Below are positions 51,186 to 64,000 of a stretch of 64,000 nt of DNA, piece after piece. Positions within the stretch are counted from its first letter, which is position 1. Each line of letters begins with the position of its first letter. The notes under the pieces were generated by a model that saw only the letters and a program-made list of their open reading frames with translations, was not told the origin of the DNA and made no database searches. The stretch comes from Azolla caroliniana (lineage: Eukaryota; Plantae; Polypodiophyta): assembly GCA_043228905.1 (NCBI GenBank), contig JBHGNT010000006.1, positions 2,480,001 to 2,544,000 of the forward strand, in the 5' to 3' direction. Made by a program: the position numbers and the translations under genes.

Positions 51186-51860
51186 GGTTCTCTCACTCCC
51201 TTCACTTTTATATCCTTCTGGGCTCAAAAAACAGTTTTTTTAGAAGTGACCTTTTCAATGATTTTGGCATGCTTGTTACCATCCATAAATTAAGGTTTTG
51301 TTTAGAGGTTTTCTTGTGGGGATTTAAGGATACTCTTGAAATAAATTTTAGTAATCTCACACTGACTGTTTTTTTGTTATCGTAAGGCTCTGCTGACCAG
51401 TAAATACCAATGAAACATTGAATTCCAGATTCAAATCCATGACTTCCCTTTGGCTACTTGAACCCATCAAAACCTATCAACGAACTTGTTCATATTCATG
51501 TTGGAATATTTTATAAGCTTGTTACTTATACTGGGGGAAATTGGGTAATGGTCATTATTGTTATGTAATAAAAAAAATACTTGAACTTGCTACTGCTCCA
51601 ATTAAACCTGATGATCAATATATCCTTTGAATATAAACATGTTTTAAGCCTTCGTTCGGACAATGTAAATGCTTCCATATAAATGCCACTCGGAGCATAT
51701 GCATGGTCCTCCCCCCCCCCCACCCCCCCAAAAGAAAGGAAAAGAAAAGAAATAGAGAACTGTCCAAAGAGGAGAGACATGGATTCTAGAATTTTCTAGA
51801 TTTGTATTCAAGGAACTGAAAATGTATGTTCACTTAGCTTGCCCATATTTAATACTCTCT

Positions 51861-51900
<40 letters not shown>

Positions 51901-54900
51901 CCTGTGGACGTTAATATATAATGATCTCAAAACTCTTATTGACGTCATGGATATAGTGGTTGATAGTAAACCAATTGTGCCAGTAGCCCACATGTTCTCA
52001 ATAGAACCTCTTGATTGTTCTTGGTCATTCACTCCCCTGGAAAAGACCTGATGTCTCCGCATTTGGGAACTGCACATCTCATGATATGCTCTATTGAAAT
52101 AGAAAGGGTTTCTGCAGGGATTCTTTTAGTAAACATGGTTTTGGTAGTGACCTTTTTAAAGATTTAGACATTCTGTATCAAATATTTCTGTTATCTCACA
52201 CACTAAACAATGTAAAATCACACATACAAATGCTAATGAGAGGGAGAACCATGCAGAAATGTGGTTTTGAAACCACTGAACAACCTAGACATTATCTATG
52301 AACATCAAAGGTAATAATCACACAACTTACTGCTCACAAGATGAAGCATGTTTGCCCATTTCCTATAACTGAAAGATAAATCATGGGAAACCCAAGGGTG
52401 GAAAGTTGTCTTTGCTTGCGGACTCAGTCATGAAACAAACAACTGTGGCATAATCTATGCGTACTGAAGAATATTTTGTGAGCTAAACAGCGCATACTGC
52501 TTAATGGCAGATGTTGATAGGGATCCTCATTGGGCATCTTTGCCAACAAGAAAGTAGTATCATCTCACGCTTGAATGCTTTTTGAAGAATTGCCCGTTTA
52601 AGACCATTGATTGGTAAGTATGCCTCCATGAAGGACCATCCATCATCAGATGTTGGTGAACTCTCCCAATTAGCTAGTGTTCTGGCATATATGCCCATAT
52701 GGGGTTCACTTGTAAGCATGATATGTGTCTGTGGTAGCAGTTGTGGGGAATCAGAGTAGTTTTAGAAGTCTAATGTATGGATCTCAAGGGGATGTAGGCT
52801 GGGTTCAGTTGCAAAAATTGGCCTATTTCTCTCCAAATGACATCATAGCTAGTATTGCACTGCCCTCTAGAAGTTCCACAGACTTGTTTTAGTAGGGATT
52901 CAGGAGGTGCTCAAATTCTCTTTGCTTGTTCCTACCTCTAATAGCTGTCATGGATATGCGTCCAACATGTAGTTTGCGTGGCCATTCTAATTGCAGTGAC
53001 ATCAGTGCGTGAATTTGAACTGACAAGTATGGTTTTAAATATCCTAGATTTTTATGTGCACAAGAATAAAAATCTAGATCTACTGAAAGTCAAGTCAATT
53101 ATGTTTTTTTGGCAATGGCTTGTGTATATATTTGCAATAATTTTCTCTGGTAATAATTTAAATACATCTGAAAGTAGCTTACTTACTGTTCTTTTTAGGC
53201 TTGAGTGAGCTTGCCATGCGTAGCATGGAAACTGTATGTTGCTCTGTTTCTTTTAGCATGGTTTTAGAAAACACATTAATTGGGAGAGGATCTTCATCTT
53301 TTGGGCCGTGAGCTTGCCTATAATGTAGGCTACTTCCTAGTATGGTCATGAGCAAACAATCATATTGTTGTGTAACTTCAAAACAAGAGGGACAGGAACA
53401 GGCAGAAGCAAAGAGAAAGAGGTAATAGTATCAATTTTATGGCAAACTTCAGGAAACAAAAATCCTCGTGTGTATGGTAGAGATGGCTTAATACAGGAAA
53501 TGCATGATCTTTTAAAGGGCTGAAGCCAGTGCCTAATTAAAAATGAACATGTGTCAAATTAAATTTTATTTCACCTGAGCATATTTCTAACAAAATCGAT
53601 ATGAATAACTGCAATTTATATATACAATGCTTACTCTTGAATGGCATGGTTACATACATATAGGAGCTCAGGAAATGCATGAGAAGTCCTGATCAGAAGA
53701 ATGATGATACAAACAATGATCGTCAGCTTAGCAGGAACACTCTACTCTCACCTCTACAATCTGCATCAAAAATTGAAGTGTGTTTTTTATGGCAATGAAT
53801 GTAGAACATACTCCCCAAGTATGCATATATTTATAAATTTCCGATATTTCTATGCATCAGAAAGGAGAGAATCGATTATGCTGCAAGGGAGAATCCTGTA
53901 TTCCAATGTGAAGGTTAATAAACAAGGATTGGAGAAGTACCATCATCCAACATCTTTACCTTTGCTTTAATGAGCCAGATAGCTACTAATTCACAGATTC
54001 TTAAATCTTCAAATGTAATATGGTGCAAGGCTGTTGACCATTTTGTATAGTTGAGTCGATGATGAAGTTATGTGTAGAAAACCATCACAGGTTACTGTGT
54101 ATTAGATATTATTCTCTATTTCTATCCACACAGCTTTCTGTTAACATAAATGCAGCGTCCATGTTATTTCTAGTTATATGCTTCAGTTAGTGTGGTAGAT
54201 TCAGTTGAAAACTATATTTTGTTGAGAGACATCTTTTTCATTAACAAATTCTTACATTGATATATCCTATCATTTTGAATTCTCTATGCACAAATGTACA
54301 AGATGAAGACCAATATATTGTATGCAAGATACGAACATGATATAGCATTTACATTCTCATGCTATATGATATCTTTATGATGCCGAGCTTGAAACATTTG
54401 TATGATGCGCATTCTCATTTTTGCCACAAAATATCCTAAATTTTTATGTTTATTCCCATTTGTGCCACAGTATATGCAGCATACTATCTGTGGATTTTTT
54501 AGTCATTAAACTTGTAGTTCAGAGGAGATTGTCATGTTAATTGCTAGATATGATGGTTTAAAATGGATTCTACTTCTCATGGCTTGGCTCCTGTTTGATC
54601 TTGCAAATGAGTTGAATCCTTTGATTTGTCTGAATAAATAAAGAACATAATGGATATAAGTGGAGAGCAAAAAGTAAATGAATAGCTATATGATGGTCTA
54701 AAATGGATTCCGTTGGTCCTGGCATGGTTTGGTTACCTTGTGATCCCGGAAAAAGAGTAATGGCATCCATTGATTTGTCCATGCAAGTAAAGAAACAGAT
54801 TGTTTGTGTAATGTGCGTTGTTAGGGAGTAGCTGAAACAATGGCTTACTGCATCCTTTTCTAGATTTTTGGAAAGTGATATAAATGAAAATGTGCTTCTA

Positions 54901-55331
54901 TGATGTGCATTAAATTCATGCATCAAACAGGGATTGATAGATTTTGCCCTCAAGAAGAACCAGCCTTCTTATGAAGGTCAAACAATGATTATTATTAGTA
55001 TTGGATTCTAAATATCGTTTGTGTTTGAGATTCTTATGAACATAGCTAATCAGGGTGCATCATTAAAGATATATCTTAATCACTCATGTTTTGCTGACAT
55101 GTACAATTGTTGCTAGCTTTAACCTTCCCTTCACATCGAATCAATTATCTTTCCTTACAAATTTAAAATAAATTCATATTGATTATAGGAATAATATTTT
55201 CTTTTAGTGTCCAATATAGGTATATAGTTCATGGGGTGTATCATGTAACATAGGGGCCATGTAAAGAATGAACATAAAGAGGGGTATATTGATAAAGAGA
55301 GGGGAAGTGTATGTGCATGTGTATAGGATGT

Positions 55332-56093
55332 TCATGTATGGGCACGGTTAAGAAAGCCCTTGGCAATGGTGCCATTGCCTCCAAGAGGAAAGAACCCACC
55401 GGGTTGAGAAGCATTGCCAGTGGCATAGACAATGCTGAAGATTTGTTCCGGAGTTCGCTCAAACCCGACCGAGTTTCGGTCTCCAGCCAATGAGTTACCC
55501 GTTATATTCCTTTGAGCACCTAGGCAAAGTGGCACCACAAGACCCTTGTCCACAATGCCCGAGTGGCCCAATGAGTTTCTTAAAGTCGACAATCTACTAG
55601 TGATTTCTCCAACTGTTAGTCCATACAACCTCTCTTTCTTATGCCTGTAGAGTAGGGTTCTGATTTGTGCATCTTGACCAGATTCCACAGCAAGCAATCC
55701 TGCCACCAACTACATCAACAGAAATTTAAGTCATTTAATGGAAGCTTCCTTCTATGCTTGTAATGCAGTCATCATCACAAAATAGTAATGTAACCATTCA
55801 TCATCATAAACAATACTGAATAATGACAAAAAAAAGACGAACTCGTTTGGCCGTGCGGCTACTAATACGAGGAATTGCACCAACATAGCCAGTGAGTCCA
55901 ACATAGGGCACCAAATAGATGGCCAGGAGCCAGTTCAAAGAATTGGCATAGGGGTTGAATGGCTCCGAGAGGTTCTGCCCTAACGCTGCATTCAATGTTG
56001 ACGCAAACACAGACGCGCTGAGGTCAAGCTGGACCCTTGGGAATGCATTGGGGATGGTTTCTTTGATGGCTCTGCGGAGGACATTCATTGCAC

Positions 56094-56126
<33 letters not shown>

Positions 56127-56849
56127 GCTCCCCCCTCAAAATCTCTTCTGTATTATAAATACATGTGCAGGCTTAAATATGTATGTATGAGCTTATATGC
56201 TTTTACATACATGCATACATTACATACATATGTACATGATGCCATACATACATACATACATACCTTACATGGGCAAAACTTACATAGAATATGTGTGTAC
56301 CATCGTAGTCGACTCACATACATACACACACGCACATACATACATAGCATGGATGACAGATGTGAATACATAAACCATACATGTCCCTCGTACATAAGGA
56401 ATACATTCATCCACCGATATATAGACACACACACACACACCCCTAGTGGATTCGATGAGTTATAGATCATTGCACCTGATATGGCCCACTTCTTGGAGTG
56501 CCAATTGCTTAGTGATGTCTCTAGTGAAAGGGTCGAGGTTGGCCTTTTGGGCACCAATGGGTGGGGGGCCATCACCAACAAGGGATGGAGCAAAAGCGTC
56601 AAGGCCAACACCGTAAGCTCCATGTAGGAAGAGCTCGGCCTCAAGATACTCGAGGTTTAGCGCTACTTCAATCAGGTCTGCATCATTGGGAGGGATCGAT
56701 GAAGGTTGATATGATCCCCTCACTGGTGGGTCTATCTCCTCACAATCCATAGGAACTCCATGGACGAATTGCAACGCCAACACTGAAACAAGTGTTGCAA
56801 TCATGATCACATGCTTTGTAGTTAAAGAAGCCATCATCCTCTTGGTCAT
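55332..56849 (-). CDS. Desiccation-related protein PCC13-62 (ferritin-like fold, signal peptide); exons 56849-56476, 56071-55843, 55709-55332
   Basis: ALNLEYLEAELFLHGAYGVGLD, GPPPIGAQKANLD, QEVGHIR|AIK, FNPYANSLN, PYVGLTGYVG, LVAGLLAVESGQDAQIR, PGGFFPLGGNGTIA; GT-AG introns in phase. Confidence 0.95.
56090..56440. repeat. (ATCA)n, (TACA)n and (CA)n microsatellite-rich intron
   Basis: Seen directly. Confidence 0.9.
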
Positions 56850-59800
56850 TATTTTAGTAAAAATCCTCCCACCCTTCTAAATGGTTATGTTTGTAACAAA
56901 GAATTGTTTCAAGCAATTTAAAATAACAAAAGAACTTGTAATTGTAATTGTTAGGATTGCATAAATGACGAGGTTGATCATGCAAAAAATAAGAGTTTCA
57001 GTTAGAATTTTTATAAGGGAATTCTTGTGGGGTACAATGTTTTTGTTGCTCATTCATTCGTCCTACATGGATGCTCTCTTTCACTCATGAATTAATTTGG
57101 CCTCATTTTGTGTGTATGTGTTTTAATGCATTTCTTATGACACCCCTTGAATATATGCTCACAAGTATTAGATGCATTGGATTATATTACTTATTAAATG
57201 GTTGGATCCCCTCTGTCATGCATTACCCTTAATTTTTTTTTCCAGACTCCAAGGACGGTAATAAAATCTTGGTAATTTTGTCTCTATAGACACTTGGAAT
57301 GGAAAGATTCAAAATGGCAATCGCATGTGTGCATTGCCTTCTACGAACACAGGGTTCATGTGGTCACTATGTGTAATACATGTATATGAGTAACCTTAAT
57401 AATCAACAATGTGCACGTTGAGAGAGCCACATAGAATTTGTTCTTGTCCTCTAGGGTCAAATATGAAATATGGGTTCAATATTGAAGCATTTTGACTTAG
57501 TATGTATGGAATTGAGTACTTACTAGTGACTCTTAACATTCAAGCATTTTATGAATAAATGTTGCAATTTAAAGCGCACATTTTGATGGTGAGAAGAATA
57601 TTTGTAGTGAGTGGATTGACATGACAATATGTAGAGAACAAACTCGAACGTGATAACGTGTAGAGCATTGTATTAAAGTGTAACACTCAAACTCAAGACC
57701 TTCTTCATGGAAAAATATGCATAAACAACAAGAATCCTTGCATGTTCCCCATCTCACATGGAAGTGAATGTGAGCTAAGTTGTATGGCTTTTGTAGCTTG
57801 AGTTGAAACTTCGTACGGCAAGACTTTCAAAACATTTTCAAACTCTTTCGATCATGTGAACTTCGGGGTGCCACTGCCCCATACTTCAACCCCCATAGAG
57901 AAGCATTAATGTTATCAAAGTGTTGAAAGAGATATGTCTTCAGAACCGGACATTTACTTTCCCCATCATAGTATTTGTCAAACACATACTAACCCCTCTA
58001 CGATTGGGGAGAACATCAAGATCAAGGTCTTTGAACCTTACTATGGTGTCATATAACTACGTCTTCGATGTAGCATTGTCTTAGAATTTCATGATCAACA
58101 ATTTGTTCCAACTCATCAATGCATATAAAAGAACGAGAGTAGGTAAAAGTGGAAATCCTTGCTTAACACCAATTATACTATAAGTGAAAAAAATCTGAAA
58201 TTTTATCTCCAATGCACATATGGTATATCACCTTTCTATAGATTTGAGAAATTGCAAGCTTATATTCACTTGTTATCCCAACTTCTTGTATACATCTCCA
58301 AGGATGCTAAGAAGAAGAAGAAGAAGAAGAAGGTGTTGTAATAAGGATCAAACTAATGATGAACAATATAATAACATCGACCACCCTTGACTGAAGGATA
58401 TGAAAAGCATAAAGTACCATTGGTGTTCCATACCACCAAATATTACCTTATGTCATACCTCGGTAATTGAATAATGAATTCAGTGAAGATACCTTAGCCT
58501 CACAGACAAAGTCTTGACAAACTCTCAAGACACCATAATGAAGGAAGTAGCTCGTCATTTTTATATAGCCCAACACCTAAGGCTCCAAGACATGTTCCCA
58601 TGTCTCATAAGTTCGTTAGGTTTGTCCTAGTTCCTATGCTAACTGGTTTTCCAACTTATATCCTACCCATAACCCATTCAAATTAGCTTTGAAATTGGTT
58701 CTTAAGTTTATGCGCACTAACATACTCCCCGTTTCCGAGGATTGCATAATTTTTTCTCTAGCTTAAATTGACTTGTGGTTGAGGCTTTGTCCTCGTCTTC
58801 TTTGTGTCCTCTCTTGAATTTTAGAATAATGTTTTCTTGAGATAGAAGTTTTGTTGAATGCAAACTACAATTTAAAAAGTATAAAAAATGTATGTTATCT
58901 TGTTAAAATTAATTTAAAAGAGGTGTAAAGAAAAAGTTGTATATACTCAAGCAGTAAAGGAAACTCTACTCCAACCAAATTGGTTTTGTAAATTCAAGAC
59001 TAGAATACTTGAACTCAATCTTGTTAACACACATATATTGTAGAATTTATTGGCTTGCTTCCTTGTGAAAACTTGTTCATGGAAAGAAGCATATTCAACC
59101 TTTTCAAACGAGTCGTTAAGAAACTCCCCCATGCCATCATCGTGGTCATTGACATTATGATGACAAGGCTAATGAATTTCAACATTGCTAGTACATCTAT
59201 TGCAAGTGTTTTGATCATTGTCACTAAGGATACACATGTATTCTTTTGGTTGGTAGCTAGAGATTATGCTCGTTGGTGGTGTCTCCAAACTAATATATAT
59301 CAAACTCTCTTGGAACCTATAATCCAAGATTAAACAACATTCAAAGACCCATTTATGCATACTTCATACTAAAATTGTTAAACAAAACAAGGAAGCAATA
59401 TGCAAACTACAAGAGCTAAAACATGAAATCCCTCCTTCCTCTAATTTATCTGAAACCCCATGGCCTTGCTCCCATTTTCAAATCCTCTTGCAGATAAGTG
59501 TGAAGACCAACGTGTAGAAAGATACTACATGGATACATCAATGAAGGTGCCCACACCAACAAGACCAAAGAGACAAACCAAAGTCTTTGAAAACTCTTCG
59601 AGCAACATTGGCACCATGAAACCCAAAGACCTATAGTAGAAGATCACAGAGATCCGTTGACTAATGATATCCTCGAGATATCACCCCAAAGTTGAAAGCA
59701 ACAAAGGAGGTGAAGATGGAAGCAAGGCCGCATTGCAAAGAGCTTGCCAAGAAAGTCGTCAAATGGAGCATGCCAAGCACAGAACTCATGATCATGTCAA

Positions 59801-61489
59801 GGAGGATGTCGACCAGCCCATGTTGATTGGGCCAAAAGAGAATCCACCTAAGAGAATTGAGGTTTAAGAGGGATGTGGGTCCATCCACAAAAGATAAAGC
59901 ATATAAAGAAAGATAATGCAAGTCTTATTCGGCCATTGAGTAATTTAATAAACAAGAGTGTCATTACACTTGTTGTACTTTGGCTTCTACGTCTATTCCA
60001 CAAATAAGGATTAAAATTGGTAGTGCTAAGGGTATCGGGACATGATTAAGGGTGATAAAGCCTTGATGTCATAAAGCATGAGCTCTTGTTATAATAGTTG
60101 TGTGCCCATTGATTCTTCTCATTGGGCTAGTGAGCCCTCGTGTGTGTTCGGTATTGTATTATGTTAGCAATAATGTGCACTATATTATTTGATTAATATT
60201 GTATTGTGTGTTTGCTCAATATTGCAACACTGAGAGTGCAACAAATCAACCTTTGAGGTATCTGCTAGCTAATAATCATTTGTTTGAGTACCACCCACCA
60301 TAGGGGTATGTTGGCCTTTATCTGGCTAATAGCTATCATCTGAAAGATGAACAAAATCAAAATCTGCAATAGACAACATCACCCAGTACCAAATGTCCAT
60401 CATGTGGACCAATATAAAATGTCATGCTTAGACTCAAATCATCTAACTTGATGCCATTCAATTGTTCCATCTTGTTTATAACGCAATTGATCTCATTTTG
60501 AATTTTCGGGAAGATTTCTATATTAGTTGAGAACTAGAATAAATCTTTCACCATCCATCACCATGGTTCTATTATAAGACAATGTGCACTACTATGTGGA
60601 CATTGCTTCATTTCTTGAAATTTGTGTTGTGTTGTTCATGTTAACATAAGACATCAAGGGAAGGAAATCAAATGTTAATAGGAAAATACAAGTAAATTTT
60701 GAGAAACCTGATAGACATGAGTTTCGTGCAAAAGAACATTTCTACACTAATACAATTTGCATGTATTATACATGTGACCTCATATTTTGATTTTATGTAC
60801 TACCATGAAAGCGATATAGTTGCGTAATGCATGCAAAGAAAAGTAGTATACATGTATAACTACTTAGCAATATGGTTACTTATAGTGAATACAAAGGAAA
60901 TAGTTCCGTAGAAAGACCCCATATATGAAGCATTTTGATAGAATCGAGACTCGGAAATCGCTGAGTTTACTTTGAAAACACATAAAATCGAAGCTTAAAT
61001 TGCACTAAAGACAAGTAGATCATGTAACTAAAGAATGCAATAGTTACCAAGATATTACAATAGTGGAAGATGCAATTAGTGAGACCATGATGAGATAGTG
61101 AATGCCATCATTACAAGCACACACAAAATCAAATTATGGCATAAATCATTCATGCCTTTTCAATGACAATAATCGTGAGTTAAGACAAAATAAGTTACGT
61201 ACACCTGCTTTTGAAGGAATCCTTCCATAATCAAGGTTGGGAATATTTTAACATTAATATTGAATTTGTAAATTTCCACCTTTGCATGGAGTGACCATGT
61301 CCAAATGCTTTATTTCCAATGAATTTACCAAGACTATTTGTCCATAGGAAAGTCATGTTATTGTCCTTCTTAGTGCACTCTGTTTCGTAAACAAAACAAT
61401 TAAAATATGTACAAGACTTGTGAGGGGATAACCTGGAATGCACAAAATTTCCCTTGTTTCATTATTAAATAATATGCATGATGCTAATC

Positions 61490-62255
61490 TAGATGCAAAT
61501 GGAGGGTGTAGCCCCAAATCTTTCAATCATCTCTCATTTTGGTAAAACAAGGGCTCAACAGTTTTGGTCTTACGTGGTGTAATGGATTTCAATTGTTATT
61601 TTGGCTTCATGCATTTTGGCATTTTCTTGAAGTATACAATCTTTTTGAAGACAACACTTAACTCTCCCTTGACTCAAACAGTTTGTGGTATGGTTTGGTG
61701 TGGACCCATATTGGCAGTATGGGCAATTTTAAATGGAGATTTAGAGAGAACCATGTCATCCTTGAATGTTTGAAATAGGATTTCAATTGTTGTGTTGGCT
61801 TCATGCAGTTTGGCATGCTTCTTGAATTATACAATCTTTTTGAAGACAACAATGAACTCTTCTTGGACTCAAACAATGTGTGGGAATCTGAAGGACTTGC
61901 TTACTGTGGTATTAGAGATATGTGGAACATGGATTTAGTGAAACACTCTCCCTCTTTGTGCAAATGCAAAGACTTGTGTCACACTGTTTGTTGCCTGAAA
62001 GCATGTGGTAGCATTAGAGCTACATTAGCAGGAAATGAAATTCACAAGGATAATGTACAAAAAGTTGTTGAAATATTTATTTCATTGGCAATACATTAGT
62101 AGATATGTATGCGAAATGTGGGTCACTTGCCGAGGCACAGGTAGTATTTCATAGGCTTTCAGTCTAGGAACAAGTCTCTTGGAATGCATGATTGCAAGAT
62201 ATGCTGAGAATGGGAAATTTGAGGAAATGCTCAATCAATTTCATCAAACGAAGGA
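61490..62255 (+). pseudogene. PLS-class pentatricopeptide repeat pseudogene
   Basis: MQMEGVAPN; CCLKACGSIRATLAGNEIH; DMYAKCGSLAEAQVVFHRL..VSWNA/MIARYAENG with stops and frameshifts; internal duplication at 61584 and 61778 (period 194). Confidence 0.85.
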
Positions 62256-63923
62256 TCCATGGCTAGCCATCGTCTTACACAAGATTGGCTCGGGAAGGAT
62301 AGTCAATTCCTTTCCAACTATTTTGTATTTTGTCGTTGATATGCCTTTTTAAAACTAATGGAAGGATACATTAGAATAAATAAATAATGCATGATGCAAA
62401 AATCAATATTGTGTGCCACAAGAATGTTTGGTGACAATCCTTATGACATTCTCCGTTTGTTAGAGAGTTTTTTGGAGTAGAATTTAAGAATATTGTGTAA
62501 ATGCCTTATATAATCTTTGTTGTTATGCTCCTAGAAATCTAAACCGATGATTGCATTTTGCAATATGATAAGAATTGAGGGCCTTGTATAATAAGGAATT
62601 AGTGTTCTTATAACAAACAAATGTTGCCCTTAATTGGAGAGATGTTAAGGAAACAAAGAAAGAAAAGGAAAGGAAACAAGAGGGAGAATGAGAGCAACAA
62701 AAAGAGCAATGCAAGTGAGTGTGGCTTGTTGGAATGGAATTTTGCCTTTCATCACGAAAAATAGCCCATATAGTGTTTCTCAGTTCATGACTCCTATAGG
62801 TCATAAGTTGCTTGCTATGGGAGTTAAGGGCAAGCATGCATTCTAGTTTGAGGTCATATATTTTGATAAGTTATAATGAAGTTTTTTAGATGAACCGCGT
62901 CACTTATTTATCATATATTTCCAATGCTAAAATATGATGCATTCAATATGTTTTATATGCATAATTGTTGGAGTAAAAGAAAACGATGCTTTGTCAAGCT
63001 TTGGAATCAAACTTTTAGAGAGAAAGTGAGGGAGAAATATAATTTACATTATTGTTACAACTACGTTTCTAGTTACAATTAATGTTATTGCATTACATTA
63101 CAAACGGTGGAGTTAGAAGGTAAGGAGTACAAGCTAAGGTTTCAAAGAGAGCGATATATGGGGTAGTTGCATTTTGATTCATAAGTCATTACGGTCGGTT
63201 TTTGGAATGCCCAAATGCAAGTGCCACTATATATCTCGGGGAAGGGGTGGGCCTTTTTGTCATCCTGCCACATGGCCTGGTTAAGTTCCTAGTAACTCGA
63301 AGAATTTGTATTTTTCTTGTTTGAATATCCATGTACCAATTTCAATCATTTGCGTATTTGTTCCTTTTTCTCCTTTGAAGGATAATTTTCTTGTACTCGC
63401 ACTATGTAAAGTTTAATGAAAAGAAAAGGAATTCTAATATTCTAGAGTTAATTCTAGGTACAATTAATGTTGGAAAGACTTTGTATTAGCTAGAAATATT
63501 TGTAAAAATAAAAATGCACTATTTTATTGTGCATAGTGTTTCTAAGGGAGGAATATTTGTAAGAATAAACGATGAATTATGATTAGTATGCATGTGCACA
63601 TGCATTTATGTCAAAATATAGCTTATCACTAATAACTATGGTAACATAGTGTACGGAATAATACAAATAGCTTTTATAATATAACGGAAGTAAATGGAGA
63701 AAGAGGGGATGCAATCATCCTCAAAAGACCAGTAGCATGTCGGTTCTCACGATGTATATAACACGAACTATGTATGGAACCTCACATAGATAAATCTTAC
63801 ATCACAGAGTTATACTCTCATAGATGGGGGGGGGGGAGGGGGGGGGGTAAGCATTGGAGGTAAGGAGCGTGTAGGTAGTTGTGTTTTCAAAACTCATATC
63901 AACGAACTTGTGGTGTGGCATGC

Positions 63924-64000
63924 ACCATATGTTCTATGGACTTGTCAAATGTGAAGGCGATAGAACCATATGTTTTGTGGACTCGTCAAATGTGAAGGTG
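63924..64000. repeat. Start of a 41-bp tandem repeat running off the window end
   Basis: accatatgtt(c/t)t(a/g)tggact(t/c)gtcaaatgtgaagg at 63924 and 63965. Confidence 0.8.

Noticed and set aside
58380-60300. Possible decayed transposon/LTR remnants
   Set aside because: No diagnostic motifs or termini that can be supported by eye
63924-64000. Relationship to the 41-bp MAP70 array
   Set aside because: Same period but no convincing sequence similarity beyond GTCAAA/GAAGG; treated as coincidence

Overview
Eukaryotic land-plant nuclear DNA, probably a fern or other non-seed plant. This is an inference from the PLS-PPR remnant 'CCLKACGSIRA' and a Tcn1-like retroelement. Four intact-looking spliced genes are present: a small heat-shock protein (2258-3097 +), an At2g26850/At2g32560-type F-box protein (38820-41317 +), MAP70 (47055-51185 +) and a PCC13-62 desiccation-related protein (56849-55332 -). 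There is also a PPR pseudogene. The region from about 4.6 to 34.2 kb holds two nested retroelement stacks. In stack 1, a decayed Ty3/gypsy carries a solo LTR (itself split by a full-length Ty1/copia) and a full-length tRNA-Trp-primed Ty3/gypsy with a 4-bp TSD. In stack 2, a LINE carries a non-autonomous, apparently self-priming chromovirus derivative filled with a tandem array, and a second Trp-primed 4-bp-TSD element has inserted into that array. The most notable observations are: (1) a virus-like -1 frameshift cassette (G GAU UUU UAG plus a predicted pseudoknot) between gag-protease and RT; (2) an LTR element whose 5' LTR is replaced by a 162-bp fold-back of its own U5 end; (3) antisense tRNA-like Pol III boxes in the U3 of three different LTR families; (4) a 14x41-bp intronic array in MAP70 in which every unit carries an acceptor and a donor splice motif. 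All coordinates were read by eye and no database searches were run.
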